DNA of 64,000 nucleotides from a virus. Lineage: Duplodnaviria > Caudoviricetes. A program made the translations under genes and the position numbers. The notes under the pieces are model-generated. The model made no database searches and was not told the origin of the DNA. It saw only the letters and a program-made list of their open reading frames with translations. Positions 9,953-20,569 of this stretch are shown here, piece by piece. The stretch spans positions 1-64,000 of the IMG/VR virus record IMGVR_UViG_3300028048_000075. One strand, written 5' to 3'. How positions within the stretch are numbered: position 1 is the stretch's first letter; the number at the start of each line of letters is the position of its first letter.

Positions 9953-11731
9953 TTACAATTTCGAATCGTATATTTTGGATTCCAAATCTGAAAGTATTTT
10001 AGTCACATTTGGTAATCCATATATCTGACTAGCCAAAGTTATTATAGAAACATCTTTTGTTTGAAGTGCTTCATTAAAGCTCTGGCCACTCATTATATAT
10101 CTATTGTTTTCATCAACAAGATTAACGATTCGATATTTCTGATTCTCTTTTCCAATCTTTCCCTGATTGATTATTGATGGATACAGAGATTTAGCATCAA
10201 AGTCAACAACGCTTCTAAAAATCTTAGTACGTTTCCCATTTAATGTTACAGGTTTAACTTCAAGAAGATTTGTGTCCTGTACAAGAGCTCCTTTTATCGA
10301 TTCTTCAACACCGTAATTTATTGTGTTACCAATAACTTTACCGTGTTTGCAGAAATACATATAGTATTGATTACGAATAACAATACTTACATTAACGCCG
10401 TTCCAAATATCAGAATTATCAGAAAGCATAATGAAGTTTGTCAAATCGTTATCTTTAGCTTCAATAAGATAGATCAACAAAGTATCTCTACACGAATATT
10501 TCAAAAATCGTTTGAAATCACGGAATGGTGCATTACGAATGTTTAATCCAAATTCATGAAGATCAACTTTATTTGCATGAACTACTTTTTCCGCAATAGC
10601 ATCAAGTTTATATGAACGTTCTAGAGAACGTTTTCTAAGATTTGAATATAACGACATTTGGTCCATAAATAGTGTGTATCCTGGACACAATGTTTTATCC
10701 CACAATCTAGAAAAGTCCTTCTTTTTATCTTTGTCATTGCTACTAACTTTTTCTCGTCTCTGACCATCTTCTATAAACGTAAATTGCTTATATTGATCAG
10801 GGATGTCTGGATGACACCATTCTTTGTTAAGATCCAAACCATAATGTTTCATTCTGCCCATTATGTATTTTTTATCGTAATTGTCGTTCCAAGCTAATGC
10901 GAAGTCAGGTTTATCAGTATGTACTAAATTCATAAATCTACGAATCATCATTACTTCAGAATCATAGAATTCGAAATTTAGTTTAATTTCTGGATGATCA
11001 ATAAAATCTTCTGCTATATATTCTGAGATATATTCATTAAGATTATTTTTAACCCATTGAATATCTTTTATCTCGTCAATTTCCAATACCAAACAATAGA
11101 AGTGTTTGTATTTGTTATTGTAATATGTTATTACATTTATTGGTGCTTCGGGATTATTCTGATCAACTCTATGACGATAATGATAGATGTAAGTTTCAAT
11201 ATCGTAAAAGCTAACATTCAACACTTTCGGAGGTTTTGAACCGTTCTCTAGCATAAATTTCGTTTTATAATATTCATCTATTGTTGTAGATGCATTGTAA
11301 ATATACGGACTCTTGTAAATCTTTTCGTTGATAAAATTCCTAAACTCTTGTCTAGCTTGATTACCCTGTTGCCAATCGCTGTAGTATTTATTTGCATTAG
11401 CTTTCAAACGTTTGTATTCGTCTGCTATTCCTAGCCATTTACAAATTTCCAATTCACGTTTAGAATATTCTACAACGTGAGTTTCAACAAGACTCTTATC
11501 CATGTTGATACAGTTATACGGAGGGCAATTATTTTTATCGATTACTGTATAGAACTCAATAGTAGGTCTTTCAATAATCTTTATTTCTGAAGTATTCGTT
11601 TCATCATCTTTGATTACCATTAATAGACAATCGTCAGATAATTTTTTCATTGAAAATTCGCCAGGTCCAGCATTAGGATCCCTGGCCCATCTCGGCTTTA
11701 AATATAATGTTTGTAATAAATACTTACCCAT
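9953..11731 (-). CDS. Family B DNA polymerase, N-terminal subunit (3'-5' exonuclease plus motif A) of a split enzyme
   Basis: ExoI FYDIETY, ExoII AWNDNYD, ExoIII YSCRD and motif A DFDAKSLYPSI. The protein ends about 70 aa later without motifs B/C. Confidence 0.85.
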   Translation of the reverse strand: MGKYLLQTLYLKPRWARDPNAGPGEFSMKKLSDDCLLMVIKDDETNTSEIKIIERPTIEFYTVIDKNNCPPYNCINMDKSLVETHVVEYSKRELEICKWLGIADEYKRLKANANKYYSDWQQGNQARQEFRNFINEKIYKSPYIYNASTTIDEYYKTKFMLENGSKPPKVLNVSFYDIETYIYHYRHRVDQNNPEAPINVITYYNNKYKHFYCLVLEIDEIKDIQWVKNNLNEYISEYIAEDFIDHPEIKLNFEFYDSEVMMIRRFMNLVHTDKPDFALAWNDNYDKKYIMGRMKHYGLDLNKEWCHPDIPDQYKQFTFIEDGQRREKVSSNDKDKKKDFSRLWDKTLCPGYTLFMDQMSLYSNLRKRSLERSYKLDAIAEKVVHANKVDLHEFGLNIRNAPFRDFKRFLKYSCRDTLLIYLIEAKDNDLTNFIMLSDNSDIWNGVNVSIVIRNQYYMYFCKHGKVIGNTINYGVEESIKGALVQDTNLLEVKPVTLNGKRTKIFRSVVDFDAKSLYPSIINQGKIGKENQKYRIVNLVDENNRYIMSGQSFNEALQTKDVSIITLASQIYGLPNVTKILSDLESKIYDSKL

Positions 11732-11734
11732 AAA

Positions 11735-12643
11735 TCAATAACCCCCGAGATCATAATATTTATATTTAAAATATTCGTATACACTGTTGTTTAACTCGAT
11801 ATCAAAATAGAGTGTAGCAACATTTCCTTGATCGCTTTCATAGCATTTAGTGATTACACCATTAATGATTTTCTTTTGCATGAAATCATTATGGTAAATC
11901 ATTAACTCACCATTATTCGCACCTTTCAATACAACTGCGTTAACTGAACGATTAGAATTATAAATGTTTTCCCACTCTTTAGGATCAAGAATAACGTACG
12001 AGTTACAATTCTCGTTATGATTCATAATAAGACTAGCAACTTTATTGTTTCTAGAACCAAATGGAAGAATATACAAATTATAAAGATAATCCAATTTATC
12101 GGAATTATGAATAAACAAAGTATTCCTATATCTTGGATCTGTTAAATCAAACACAATGTCCAAATAAAACATGTATATCGGTCCAACATAACTCTTTTGC
12201 TGAACTCTTATATCAGTAATCTTGTTTTCTTTAATGGCTTTTAATACCATTTTAGGAAAAATGTAATATGAATCTACAGAAAAATCATATTTCATATTTG
12301 CATAATACTCGATATTTCGTTGCTGTTGTGATAGATCATGATTTATAAAATCGCATGAAGAAACGATTATTGGTACAGATACTCTATCATCTCCACATTT
12401 GAAACAATCAACATCTTCAGGATATATTCTAAAATTGTCATTAGTGATAGTAGAGAAAATTTTGTAAAAATCGTATCTATCTCCATTTACTGGGTCATGA
12501 CTTATAATAACTTCATATTCACCGTTTATTCTAACGAACTGTAACAAACACGGTGAGTTCAAATTGAACTTACTTATAGCTGAACAACACCGCTTAAGTT
12601 TCTCCATAAATTTCTTAAAGTCTTTTATACTTTCATAAGGCAT
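11735..12643 (-). CDS. Hypothetical protein co-transcribed with DNA polymerase
   Basis: GGAGG RBS; 3-nt gap to the polymerase subunit. Confidence 0.75.
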   Translation of the reverse strand: MPYESIKDFKKFMEKLKRCCSAISKFNLNSPCLLQFVRINGEYEVIISHDPVNGDRYDFYKIFSTITNDNFRIYPEDVDCFKCGDDRVSVPIIVSSCDFINHDLSQQQRNIEYYANMKYDFSVDSYYIFPKMVLKAIKENKITDIRVQQKSYVGPIYMFYLDIVFDLTDPRYRNTLFIHNSDKLDYLYNLYILPFGSRNNKVASLIMNHNENCNSYVILDPKEWENIYNSNRSVNAVVLKGANNGELMIYHNDFMQKKIINGVITKCYESDQGNVATLYFDIELNNSVYEYFKYKYYDLGGY

Positions 12644-12685
12644 AATATCCTCCTACAAACTTCATTATAATTATATATAATTGAA

Positions 12686-13684
12686 ATGAGGTTACATATG
12701 AATGCTGTTTCGATGATGTTTAATTCCCACAAAGTAAAATACGGTCTCATGAAAGAAGAATTAGATGTATGTATTCAAACACCAAACGAAAAGATATTTT
12801 ATTTCTTCATCGATTTTAATTATATTTTGAGAAAATATTTACATTTTATCGAGTTTAATGAAAATCCTGATATGGAAATAAGTGACGAAATGAGTAAAGA
12901 ATTCTTGGTAGAATTTCTTAATCTTATTGCACATTACAAGAATTTCTTCTATAAACATTATGACTCAACGAGTTTCTTTTATATAGGCATTAATGCAAAT
13001 AAAAAGAAAAACGAAAGTCTTAATAAAATGATTCATAAATTCACAAAACTTACAACGTTAATACCGAGAATTTATATATATTATTATGATAATGACGATT
13101 ATAATTTATACCTCAAATATAATCTTGTAAGAACGATTGTTGCTTCTAAAAGAAATACAAATAAGGTTCCTATTATAGTCGATATGTGTAAAAATTATAT
13201 GTGTGAGTTATTCTACAAGATTACCACAAATTATTTCTTGTTTAGATACGATCAATATAAGATATACATGTACAGCTTTGAAGATTTCCGTGAAGAATAT
13301 ATGAAAGATGTAGACGATGTTTATATCAATAGTGTGATTTCGTTATTGCCAGTATATGAAATACTAAACGAAATAAAGATTAATAGAAAAGTTCGTATAG
13401 ATGATATAATTCTAAAATTTATTAAGAATCATATCGAAGAAGATTTTAATAGACCTGAAACACAATTATTGGTATTAAAGCTTTTTACTAAAATGAAAAA
13501 GCTAGAATCAAAACTGAATAAACTTATTTCTGATCTCAATAGCAATACATACAAAAGCATTATGCAAGTAGTTATGAAAAACTGGAAAAACACTATTAAA
13601 GATTCCAGAATATACAACATCAATGAACTATTAAACACCGATGAAAACAATAGAATAAACATCGAAGTTCTGATGAAATATTAA
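12686..13684 (+). CDS. Hypothetical protein, possibly a degenerate PIN/FEN-like fold
   Basis: N-terminal FYFFIDFNYILR resembles the first PIN strand/helix (weak). The start may be the ATG at 12698. Confidence 0.5.
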   Translation: MRLHMNAVSMMFNSHKVKYGLMKEELDVCIQTPNEKIFYFFIDFNYILRKYLHFIEFNENPDMEISDEMSKEFLVEFLNLIAHYKNFFYKHYDSTSFFYIGINANKKKNESLNKMIHKFTKLTTLIPRIYIYYYDNDDYNLYLKYNLVRTIVASKRNTNKVPIIVDMCKNYMCELFYKITTNYFLFRYDQYKIYMYSFEDFREEYMKDVDDVYINSVISLLPVYEILNEIKINRKVRIDDIILKFIKNHIEEDFNRPETQLLVLKLFTKMKKLESKLNKLISDLNSNTYKSIMQVVMKNWKNTIKDSRIYNINELLNTDENNRINIEVLMKY

Positions 13685-13750
13685 AAAAAAATAACCTCTG
13701 CTGGATTGCAGAGGTTATTATACTTTTTTAATTAATGACCACTATAACAC

Positions 13751-13854
13751 AATAATGTGTTATACATTCACGTGAATGTGTGGCCACGAGAGAATTCGTG
13801 ATTCACTAATATTGGGTATACGGCGAATCAGTTCATCTCTCGTGATAAGAATGG
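13751..13854 (+). repeat. 104-nt dispersed direct repeat, copy A
   Basis: 90/104 identical to 40262-40365; includes the 16-bp palindrome ACATTCACGTGAATGT. Confidence 0.9.
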
Positions 13855-13915
13855 GTTTACCAATTGGTGACCCATTCTTATCTGGAACCGATATATAAAA
13901 TCTAAATAGATCCAT
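13760..13915 (-). CDS. Small early protein (51 aa, MDLFRF...WPHIHVNV)
   Basis: GGAGG RBS and early promoter at 13985. Codon-type divergence from the second copy at 40262 supports coding. Confidence 0.7.
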   Translation of the reverse strand: MDLFRFYISVPDKNGSPIGKPILITRDELIRRIPNISESRILSWPHIHVNV

Positions 13916-14079
13916 ATATATCATCCTCCACTTAAAATTAAGTGTAAGAGTAAGATACGTTGGATATATACGTTCTATACTCTCCATTAATATAATATAT
14001 AAGTGGTAACTAGGATCTAACAGAAAAAAAAAAGAAGGGCCGAAGCCCTTCTTTTATATTTTTTTTTTATTGGATTAAA

Positions 14080-14562
14080 TTACTTATTCTTTTTGGAAAC
14101 AACAACCTTTTTCTTTGTAGCTGGCTTTGAAGGATTTGGATTGTAATGTGGACCATCAATGAAGAGAGTAACTATAAGATTCTCTTCTTGTGCAGATCCG
14201 TTATAATCGTAAATTACTCCGCGCTTCTTCAGGTTTTCCATAAGATCACAAGTCGTATAATCCTTTACGCTTTTCCAAGTGTAATCGAAATCGAGCTTAG
14301 CAAAAGCTTGCTTTTCGATTTTTAACCAAACATCTTCTTTGACTTCAATAGTATTTTCACAGATTTTTCCAATAGACCATGGAGCACCATGAAGATAGTA
14401 TTCGAAATCAAAAGTCTTTAACGCATTTGCCACTTCTTTGCAAGCAGTTTCAATGTTCCATTTCTTAGAAAGATCTTCCTGCATCTTTCTGTACTCAACG
14501 TGCTTTTTAGCCAGCTCTTTCAATGTCATCATATTTATACATCCTTCCCATTCTTTGGTCAT
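14080..14562 (-). CDS. Hypothetical protein with basic C-terminal tail
   Basis: ORF followed by a terminator at about 14033-14055; the start may be the MM at about 14532. Confidence 0.7.
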   Translation of the reverse strand: MTKEWEGCINMMTLKELAKKHVEYRKMQEDLSKKWNIETACKEVANALKTFDFEYYLHGAPWSIGKICENTIEVKEDVWLKIEKQAFAKLDFDYTWKSVKDYTTCDLMENLKKRGVIYDYNGSAQEENLIVTLFIDGPHYNPNPSKPATKKKVVVSKKNK

Positions 14563-14645
14563 GGGTGACCTTCATTTTGTTTTTACACTATTGTGTGTAG
14601 CGTATTTTAGAAAATTAAAGAAGGGTACAAAACCCTTCCTTCAAT

Positions 14646-15071
14646 TCAGTTTTCTTCAGAAGAAGCGCTTATTGAAACACGAGCTTTTTCTGTAGTTTCA
14701 GTTTCTGCTTCTTCAGGTTTCTTTTCGGATTCTGCAACAGCAGCAGGCTTTTTCTTGTTCGCATAATACTTGTCATAGTATTCACGAAATTCCGCTGCAC
14801 CGAACCTGACAGTTTGAGCAAATGTGTCAGCAATTGCTGCAATCATCGTAATTGCATCAGCGCCTTTGCACTTTTCATTAGGATCAACTTTAGGTTTCTC
14901 CTTCTTTTCTTCTTCTTTCTTTTCTTCAGGTTTTGGTGTTGACTGCATCGAAATCTTTTCGATAGCAACTTTTACACATTCCTGAAAACCAGGTTCATTG
15001 AACTTTTCCATTTCCTCTTTGGTAAATTCCAAAGAACCAATAACATTACCATTTCTGTCTTTTAGAACCAT
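14646..15071 (-). CDS. Hypothetical early protein (Lys/Glu-rich)
   Basis: AAGGAG RBS; early promoter at about 15110-15132. Confidence 0.75.
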   Translation of the reverse strand: MVLKDRNGNVIGSLEFTKEEMEKFNEPGFQECVKVAIEKISMQSTPKPEEKKEEEKKEKPKVDPNEKCKGADAITMIAAIADTFAQTVRFGAAEFREYYDKYYANKKKPAAVAESEKKPEEAETETTEKARVSISASSEEN

Positions 15072-15178
15072 AAAATCTCCTTAAGGACTATAATATAGTT
15101 TGAGTCCTTACAAAAGTATAATATATAAATAAAAAAAAAGGAAGGAGGGAGCATTACACTCCCTCCTTCCAACCTAGA

Positions 15179-15265
15179 CTACCATAATCTGATCTTTTCT
15201 AGGTACTTCCATTTGTAGTACCTATAACGAAGATCATTGAATAATTTTCTTATTCTCTTAATCAT
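15179..15265 (-). CDS. Unannotated 28-aa cationic peptide MIKRIRKLFNDLRYRYYKWKYLEKIRLW
   Basis: GGGAGGTGG RBS, early promoter at 15277-15297, own 12-bp terminator at 15140-15170. Confidence 0.6.
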   Translation of the reverse strand: MIKRIRKLFNDLRYRYYKWKYLEKIRLW

Positions 15266-15294
15266 GGTCCACCTCCCATTATTATAATATATAA

Positions 15295-17274
15295 TTAAAT
15301 ACCCTTTTTGGACAGAATATACGTTAGGAGGCCATTTTCTTCAGTTTTAGTAACATTTGTGTATTTTTCACCATTGGTTATAACTTTATGTGTAACATTT
15401 GGACAATAACCAAATATTAACTTGCTATCTTGTTTAGAATCAAAATCGCTTGTATAACTTGCATAAATCTTCGGATTTGTGTAAGATTCAAATTTGAGTT
15501 TTACAGGAACGTTAGTTACAACATCAAATGATGGTGAATTCATTGAACCAGTTATTGTCAACGGATTCATACTCAAATGTTTATTCTTATCTGCGATATT
15601 CAATTTAAACTTAGAATTATTTGAAGAAGGAATTGTATACATAGAACCAGAAATAGATCCATAACAATTGAGATCCATATCATCTCTAGTAAAGTATGCT
15701 TTTACTCCAGATAATGTCAAAGTCTCAATAGTATCTATATTTACAGTTCGCATTCTGAAATTGGAATCGGTAAATGATGGTTTATAACCACTAATACTCA
15801 AAGTTTCAATATCAAAAGCAGATTTAGTATCGTATAATACTCCAGCATCATTTTCTAATGTCGGATTTTCAATACTCATCTCCTTTCCAACAAATTCACA
15901 GTCAATAAAATTGATCTTTGATATATAATCATTACGGGTAATAATGAACTTTTCGAAATTCCATATTCCTCCAGATAAAGAGATATACGGAACTTCAATA
16001 TCTACAGTTCCTGCATTAATGTCTGTATTTACTATAGAAAGATTCATCGCACCTTTAAAAGTAACATTTTGACCATATATTTTACAATCATTGTAATTTA
16101 AACGATTTATACTTGACGTTTCGTCATATGATAACAATGTTACTCCATCATGTATCGTACAATCAGAAATAAACACTTTATCAACATCGCAAGAAGCAAG
16201 TTTAACTACATTAAACTTAAATCCTCTAACTCCAACAACATTAGTATCGAAGATGTTTAAACTTCTAGTAAGTCCAGAGTTTTCATCTGGTAAGAAATAA
16301 ACCACCGATGAATCATCTGCCATAATAGAAGTAGGAGTTACATTATAATTGATTTTGTGTAAACTTACTGATCCTACACGACCTACAGTTATAAATGATC
16401 CTTTACTAACTTCAGTAACAGTTCTATTTACAGAACCGATATTAAAATTGGTTACACGATCAACTTTAAATACATTGCCATAAGTCGTTTCTTCGCTAAT
16501 CATCATTTCTCCGATGTTAGCTTTCTTAACACCAAGTAATGTCATCCTCGGAATATTTTCGTTAGATTCCATTCTTTCTTGACCATACAGTTCATAGCAA
16601 CAGCACATAAACTTAGAATCGGAAAAATCTTCAGCTTTCATGTTTCCTGCGCTAATTACCATACTGATAGGAGCGTATTGTCTTATAGAATTCACCATCA
16701 TCTTTTTTGTAATAACAATGTTAACAACATGCTCTTCTTCGGATTTATTAGCAACATCGAATAAACATTCTAGTCCAGAAAATTCATTAACATAGATAGT
16801 TGCTGTAGAATCAGGATAAATTCTTCCTTTCTTTATGTAAATCTTAGACAATTGTCCAAAATCATCTCTACCTATTCTAAGACCGGAATCGTTTATATCG
16901 ATATAAATATCTTTTGTACAAGATGCTATAGCTTTAAATACTTTAGACTCAAACAAGACTCTGTAATCAATAATTGAACAGTTATAAATTCTTACCTGCT
17001 TCATATCCTGTCTAGAATTGCAGTAATTGACAATTTCATTATTGAATTTGTCTATAGAAGTTTCATTTTCATTACAAGTAACTTTAATAGTTTGTGCAGG
17101 ATCTACAGTGTAATGCTTCAAAGTCATTTGTAAATAAGTTGTTTCTACTACACACTGTTCATCGTGACTATTGAAATTCGTCCCATGTTTATAGAAAAGT
17201 ATAATGATTTCCTTACTTTTCGTTGTTATGAGATAATATCTAAAGTTATCCGGTAAGGTTTTATGTAAATCCAT
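15295..17274 (-). CDS. Hypothetical protein (659 aa), beta-rich, possibly a beta-helix
   Basis: Long ORF with repeating short hydrophobic beta strands and N/D/C/S turns. Confidence 0.7.
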   Translation of the reverse strand: MDLHKTLPDNFRYYLITTKSKEIIILFYKHGTNFNSHDEQCVVETTYLQMTLKHYTVDPAQTIKVTCNENETSIDKFNNEIVNYCNSRQDMKQVRIYNCSIIDYRVLFESKVFKAIASCTKDIYIDINDSGLRIGRDDFGQLSKIYIKKGRIYPDSTATIYVNEFSGLECLFDVANKSEEEHVVNIVITKKMMVNSIRQYAPISMVISAGNMKAEDFSDSKFMCCCYELYGQERMESNENIPRMTLLGVKKANIGEMMISEETTYGNVFKVDRVTNFNIGSVNRTVTEVSKGSFITVGRVGSVSLHKINYNVTPTSIMADDSSVVYFLPDENSGLTRSLNIFDTNVVGVRGFKFNVVKLASCDVDKVFISDCTIHDGVTLLSYDETSSINRLNYNDCKIYGQNVTFKGAMNLSIVNTDINAGTVDIEVPYISLSGGIWNFEKFIITRNDYISKINFIDCEFVGKEMSIENPTLENDAGVLYDTKSAFDIETLSISGYKPSFTDSNFRMRTVNIDTIETLTLSGVKAYFTRDDMDLNCYGSISGSMYTIPSSNNSKFKLNIADKNKHLSMNPLTITGSMNSPSFDVVTNVPVKLKFESYTNPKIYASYTSDFDSKQDSKLIFGYCPNVTHKVITNGEKYTNVTKTEENGLLTYILSKKGI

Positions 17275-17277
17275 TAC

Positions 17278-17784
17278 TTATTTTTTCCCTAGGTTTTTCC
17301 TAAACCTATCAATCATTGCCAAATCGTTGTTATTAAGACCCAATGTATTAGGATCAATATTGGCTAATTCTTCATGACCTCGTTTATCACCTTTTTCTTT
17401 ATCTGTAGCTTTAGAAAGTTCAGGATTCTTAACCATAATAGTAGCGAGCATCTGCTTCATCATTACTTCAGTATTCTGAGCATTATCGCTATTCTGTTTC
17501 ATATTGTCACGTTTCAATTCAAGTTCTTTTATAGTTTTCTTAATACCTGAACGTTCTTTAATAGTAGAAACTTGATTACCACGAATATCATTAAGAACTT
17601 TACCAAGTTCAGCAATATCTCTATGAGGTGAAGAAGAATTAAACATACTCTTACCTTCCATCCTCTCAAGATTCTTCTCAAGACTACTATGAACTTCTTT
17701 ATACAAATCTTCGTTTTTCTTGTATTGATCATCCAAAAGATCTAATTCTGGCTGAAAGTATTCCTGATAGTTATTATCTGCCAT
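17278..17784 (-). CDS. Hypothetical coiled-coil protein (168 aa)
   Basis: GGAG RBS; GACA-N6-TA motif at 17808-17819. Confidence 0.75.
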   Translation of the reverse strand: MADNNYQEYFQPELDLLDDQYKKNEDLYKEVHSSLEKNLERMEGKSMFNSSSPHRDIAELGKVLNDIRGNQVSTIKERSGIKKTIKELELKRDNMKQNSDNAQNTEVMMKQMLATIMVKNPELSKATDKEKGDKRGHEELANIDPNTLGLNNNDLAMIDRFRKNLGKK

Positions 17785-17851
17785 AATATTTCTCCATGTT
17801 ATCGTTATATCGATTTGTCGAGACTTATTTATAATTTGGACACAACAGTAT

Positions 17852-19054
17852 ATGTTTGCATTAAATAATCAGCAATTAGAGGCTGTTAAAGCCTGTGTAG
17901 AATGGTATTTTACAAAAACTACCACGCAACAAGTATTCTTTTTGTCTGGATATTCAGGTACAGGAAAAAGTACTGTAGTTAATATTATCATCAAAATGCT
18001 TGGATTACCTTTACAGAATGTAATTTTCTGTACTCTCACAGGTAAAGCTGCTTTAGTTTTACGTATGAAAGGAAATCCAGCAAATACTATACATAAGACA
18101 TTTTATACCACATATAAAACTAGAACTTCTTTTGGTTTTTCTCTTAAAAAACATATTCCATCCAACATTTATTTAATCGTAATAGATGAAATATCAATGG
18201 TTACACAAAAAATGTTACAGGATATAATGACGTTTGGTGTACCTATTCTTTGTTGTGGAGATGCTGGACAGTTACCAGCTGTTGGAGGAAACAACTATCT
18301 TATGACCGAAGGTGGAATATACGTCGATTATCAATTGACTCAAGTTATGCGTCAAGATGATACTTCAGGTATATTAGACTTAGGTAATATGACTAGAAAT
18401 AATATTCTTCCAGAATATGGAGAATATAAAGCTAGTAAAGTCTGCAGACTTGAAGAAGTTATGAATAAAATGTGTGAATATGATATCGTTCTTTGTTATT
18501 CTAATGCTATGAGACGTAGATTAAATGCTTATATGAGAGCGATGATGGGATATACTTCGGTTTTACCTATCAAAGGCGAAAAAATAGTGTGTCTAATGAA
18601 TAACTATAACTACATGATCGAATACCAAGACATTCCTATTTATATTATCAATGGAATGTTTGGAATATTAAAAGAAGATGCTAAAACTGTCGATTATAAA
18701 GAAATGGAATTAGCAGAATTATCATTCGTGCCGGATTTCTTAAATAAAGACAGTGAATCTTTAGTATTGAAACCAAAATGCTTTAAAGGTGTATTTGAGC
18801 AATATACTAAAGATCCATCAAAAGAAGCATTTATTAGTGAACTATACGATGATAAAATAGAAGATGACGCATTACAAGATGTGTGTATGATAGATTTTGG
18901 ATATGCTGCTAGTGTACATAAATATCAAGGTTCTGAAGCAGATAACGTATTATTAGTAGTAGAAGACAAAATACCATCAAACATCTTCTTCAGATGGCTC
19001 TATACTGGAATTACAAGAGCCAAAAAATCGATAACTGTAGCTACAGTAAATTAA
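17852..19054 (+). CDS. SF1B Dda/RecD-like DNA helicase
   Basis: Walker A GYSGTGKST, IVIDEISM, GDAGQLPAV, LTQVMRQ, YAASVHKYQGSE, LYTGITRAK. Confidence 0.92.
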   Translation: MFALNNQQLEAVKACVEWYFTKTTTQQVFFLSGYSGTGKSTVVNIIIKMLGLPLQNVIFCTLTGKAALVLRMKGNPANTIHKTFYTTYKTRTSFGFSLKKHIPSNIYLIVIDEISMVTQKMLQDIMTFGVPILCCGDAGQLPAVGGNNYLMTEGGIYVDYQLTQVMRQDDTSGILDLGNMTRNNILPEYGEYKASKVCRLEEVMNKMCEYDIVLCYSNAMRRRLNAYMRAMMGYTSVLPIKGEKIVCLMNNYNYMIEYQDIPIYIINGMFGILKEDAKTVDYKEMELAELSFVPDFLNKDSESLVLKPKCFKGVFEQYTKDPSKEAFISELYDDKIEDDALQDVCMIDFGYAASVHKYQGSEADNVLLVVEDKIPSNIFFRWLYTGITRAKKSITVATVN

Positions 19055-19084
19055 ATACGTGGGAGTATAACTCCCACGTATTAT

Positions 19085-20449
19085 TTATTTTGGTTGAGAA
19101 CCTTCTGGTATATAAGTGCTATCATAACCTTCATGTTTATTAACAAGTGTTAAACCAACATGACCGTAGCAATTATAAACTTTAGCAGCATTTTGTACTC
19201 TTGAATAAACAAACTCTGCACTCTTAATATTATACAAACCAGAATATAGTTTTTGAGATTCAGAAGTATCAAACGTCATTTTAATTATTTTATTTGGTGT
19301 AAAATTCTCAACATTAACCGATTGCATAACAAAACTTATCGGTACACCTTCAGAAATATCGTTCATATATGAACTCATGTTAAATGGGTTATTTAACATG
19401 TCATAATCAAGAATTTTTCTATTACCAACATCAATTCTAGAAGGTCTAGGTTTATTAACAGTTTGTAATGGTGAAACAAATTCTGTATTTCCTTCATGAC
19501 CAAACATAGAATTTATAACTGTGCTATAATTACTATAAATGAATTGATTACCGGATGTTATACCTTCAAGAGATTCATAATCTTCTTTTTTGATTTCTCC
19601 TGAACGCTCATATCCAATATAACCACCAGCTTCATTTATAAGAACATCTTCTTTAGCATTCGGAATCTCTTTTCTTTCATTCATGCGAATTTGAACAGTT
19701 TTTACTTCGCCTTTTCTATAAACATGGTTCAATTCCATTTTATTCAGAATATACAATAACCCATTATCATAAAATAATAATAATGACTTTGCATAAATTC
19801 CGTATTTATATTGAACGTTTTTTATAGCATCTTTTATGTCAGCTGGTTCTACTATAAGATCTGTATATCCTAAGGTATTATCTGGAGGATCCATGAGAAC
19901 CTTTTCAACAAATGGATTTTGTTCACATATAGCCATTACAGCATTTCCTGTTGTGGCAGGTTTTTCTTCGGAACCAAATACATAATTATGAATATATGTT
20001 TTCATCTTTAAATCTTTTTTCAAGAAAAGATAAAAAGTAACGTCATACATAGCATCACCACCAACAGAATCAGGTCTTGTATAAGAATCCTTATCTTCTA
20101 GTCCACTAGATGACTGTTTGCCACTGTTCATTATACTTGGTAAAGAATCTTTATCATAATAACATGCAAAATCCAATTCTGCAATAATTTTTCTTTCACT
20201 CATAGATGTTCTATTAATACCGTAGAACATAATTTGTTTCATATTTAAAACAATTTCTTTATCGAATATTCTCAAATTATTTAAGTGTTTATCTTTAATT
20301 TTGCAAGTTAACGTATATTTTGGAATGAAATCCGTAAAATAATTACAGGTTTTACGGAATTCTACTATACTATATGGTCTAAACGAGATATTTCTCGCAG
20401 GTACCGAAAACATCATATCAAAAACGTATTCATAAACATAACTAGCCAT
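19085..20449 (-). CDS. Probable virion structural protein (baseplate hub-like)
   Basis: 454 aa; QYKYGIY..LLFYD and C-terminal YSGLYNIKS patterns are reminiscent of hub proteins (inference). Confidence 0.4.
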   Translation of the reverse strand: MASYVYEYVFDMMFSVPARNISFRPYSIVEFRKTCNYFTDFIPKYTLTCKIKDKHLNNLRIFDKEIVLNMKQIMFYGINRTSMSERKIIAELDFACYYDKDSLPSIMNSGKQSSSGLEDKDSYTRPDSVGGDAMYDVTFYLFLKKDLKMKTYIHNYVFGSEEKPATTGNAVMAICEQNPFVEKVLMDPPDNTLGYTDLIVEPADIKDAIKNVQYKYGIYAKSLLLFYDNGLLYILNKMELNHVYRKGEVKTVQIRMNERKEIPNAKEDVLINEAGGYIGYERSGEIKKEDYESLEGITSGNQFIYSNYSTVINSMFGHEGNTEFVSPLQTVNKPRPSRIDVGNRKILDYDMLNNPFNMSSYMNDISEGVPISFVMQSVNVENFTPNKIIKMTFDTSESQKLYSGLYNIKSAEFVYSRVQNAAKVYNCYGHVGLTLVNKHEGYDSTYIPEGSQPK

Positions 20450-20493
20450 TGTTTATCTCCGTATATAGTAATTTCCTAAAAAATAAATAAAAA

Positions 20494-20525
20494 AGAGAGA
20501 TGGTGTGGGCATCACACCATCTCTT
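20494..20525 (-). terminator. Intrinsic terminator
   Basis: Minus strand AGAGATGGTGTG-atgcc-CACACCATCTCT followed by a T-tract. Confidence 0.75.
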
Positions 20526-20569
20526 GATAAGGAGAATAATTCTGAGAATTTTTACAAAATCTAGAACCT

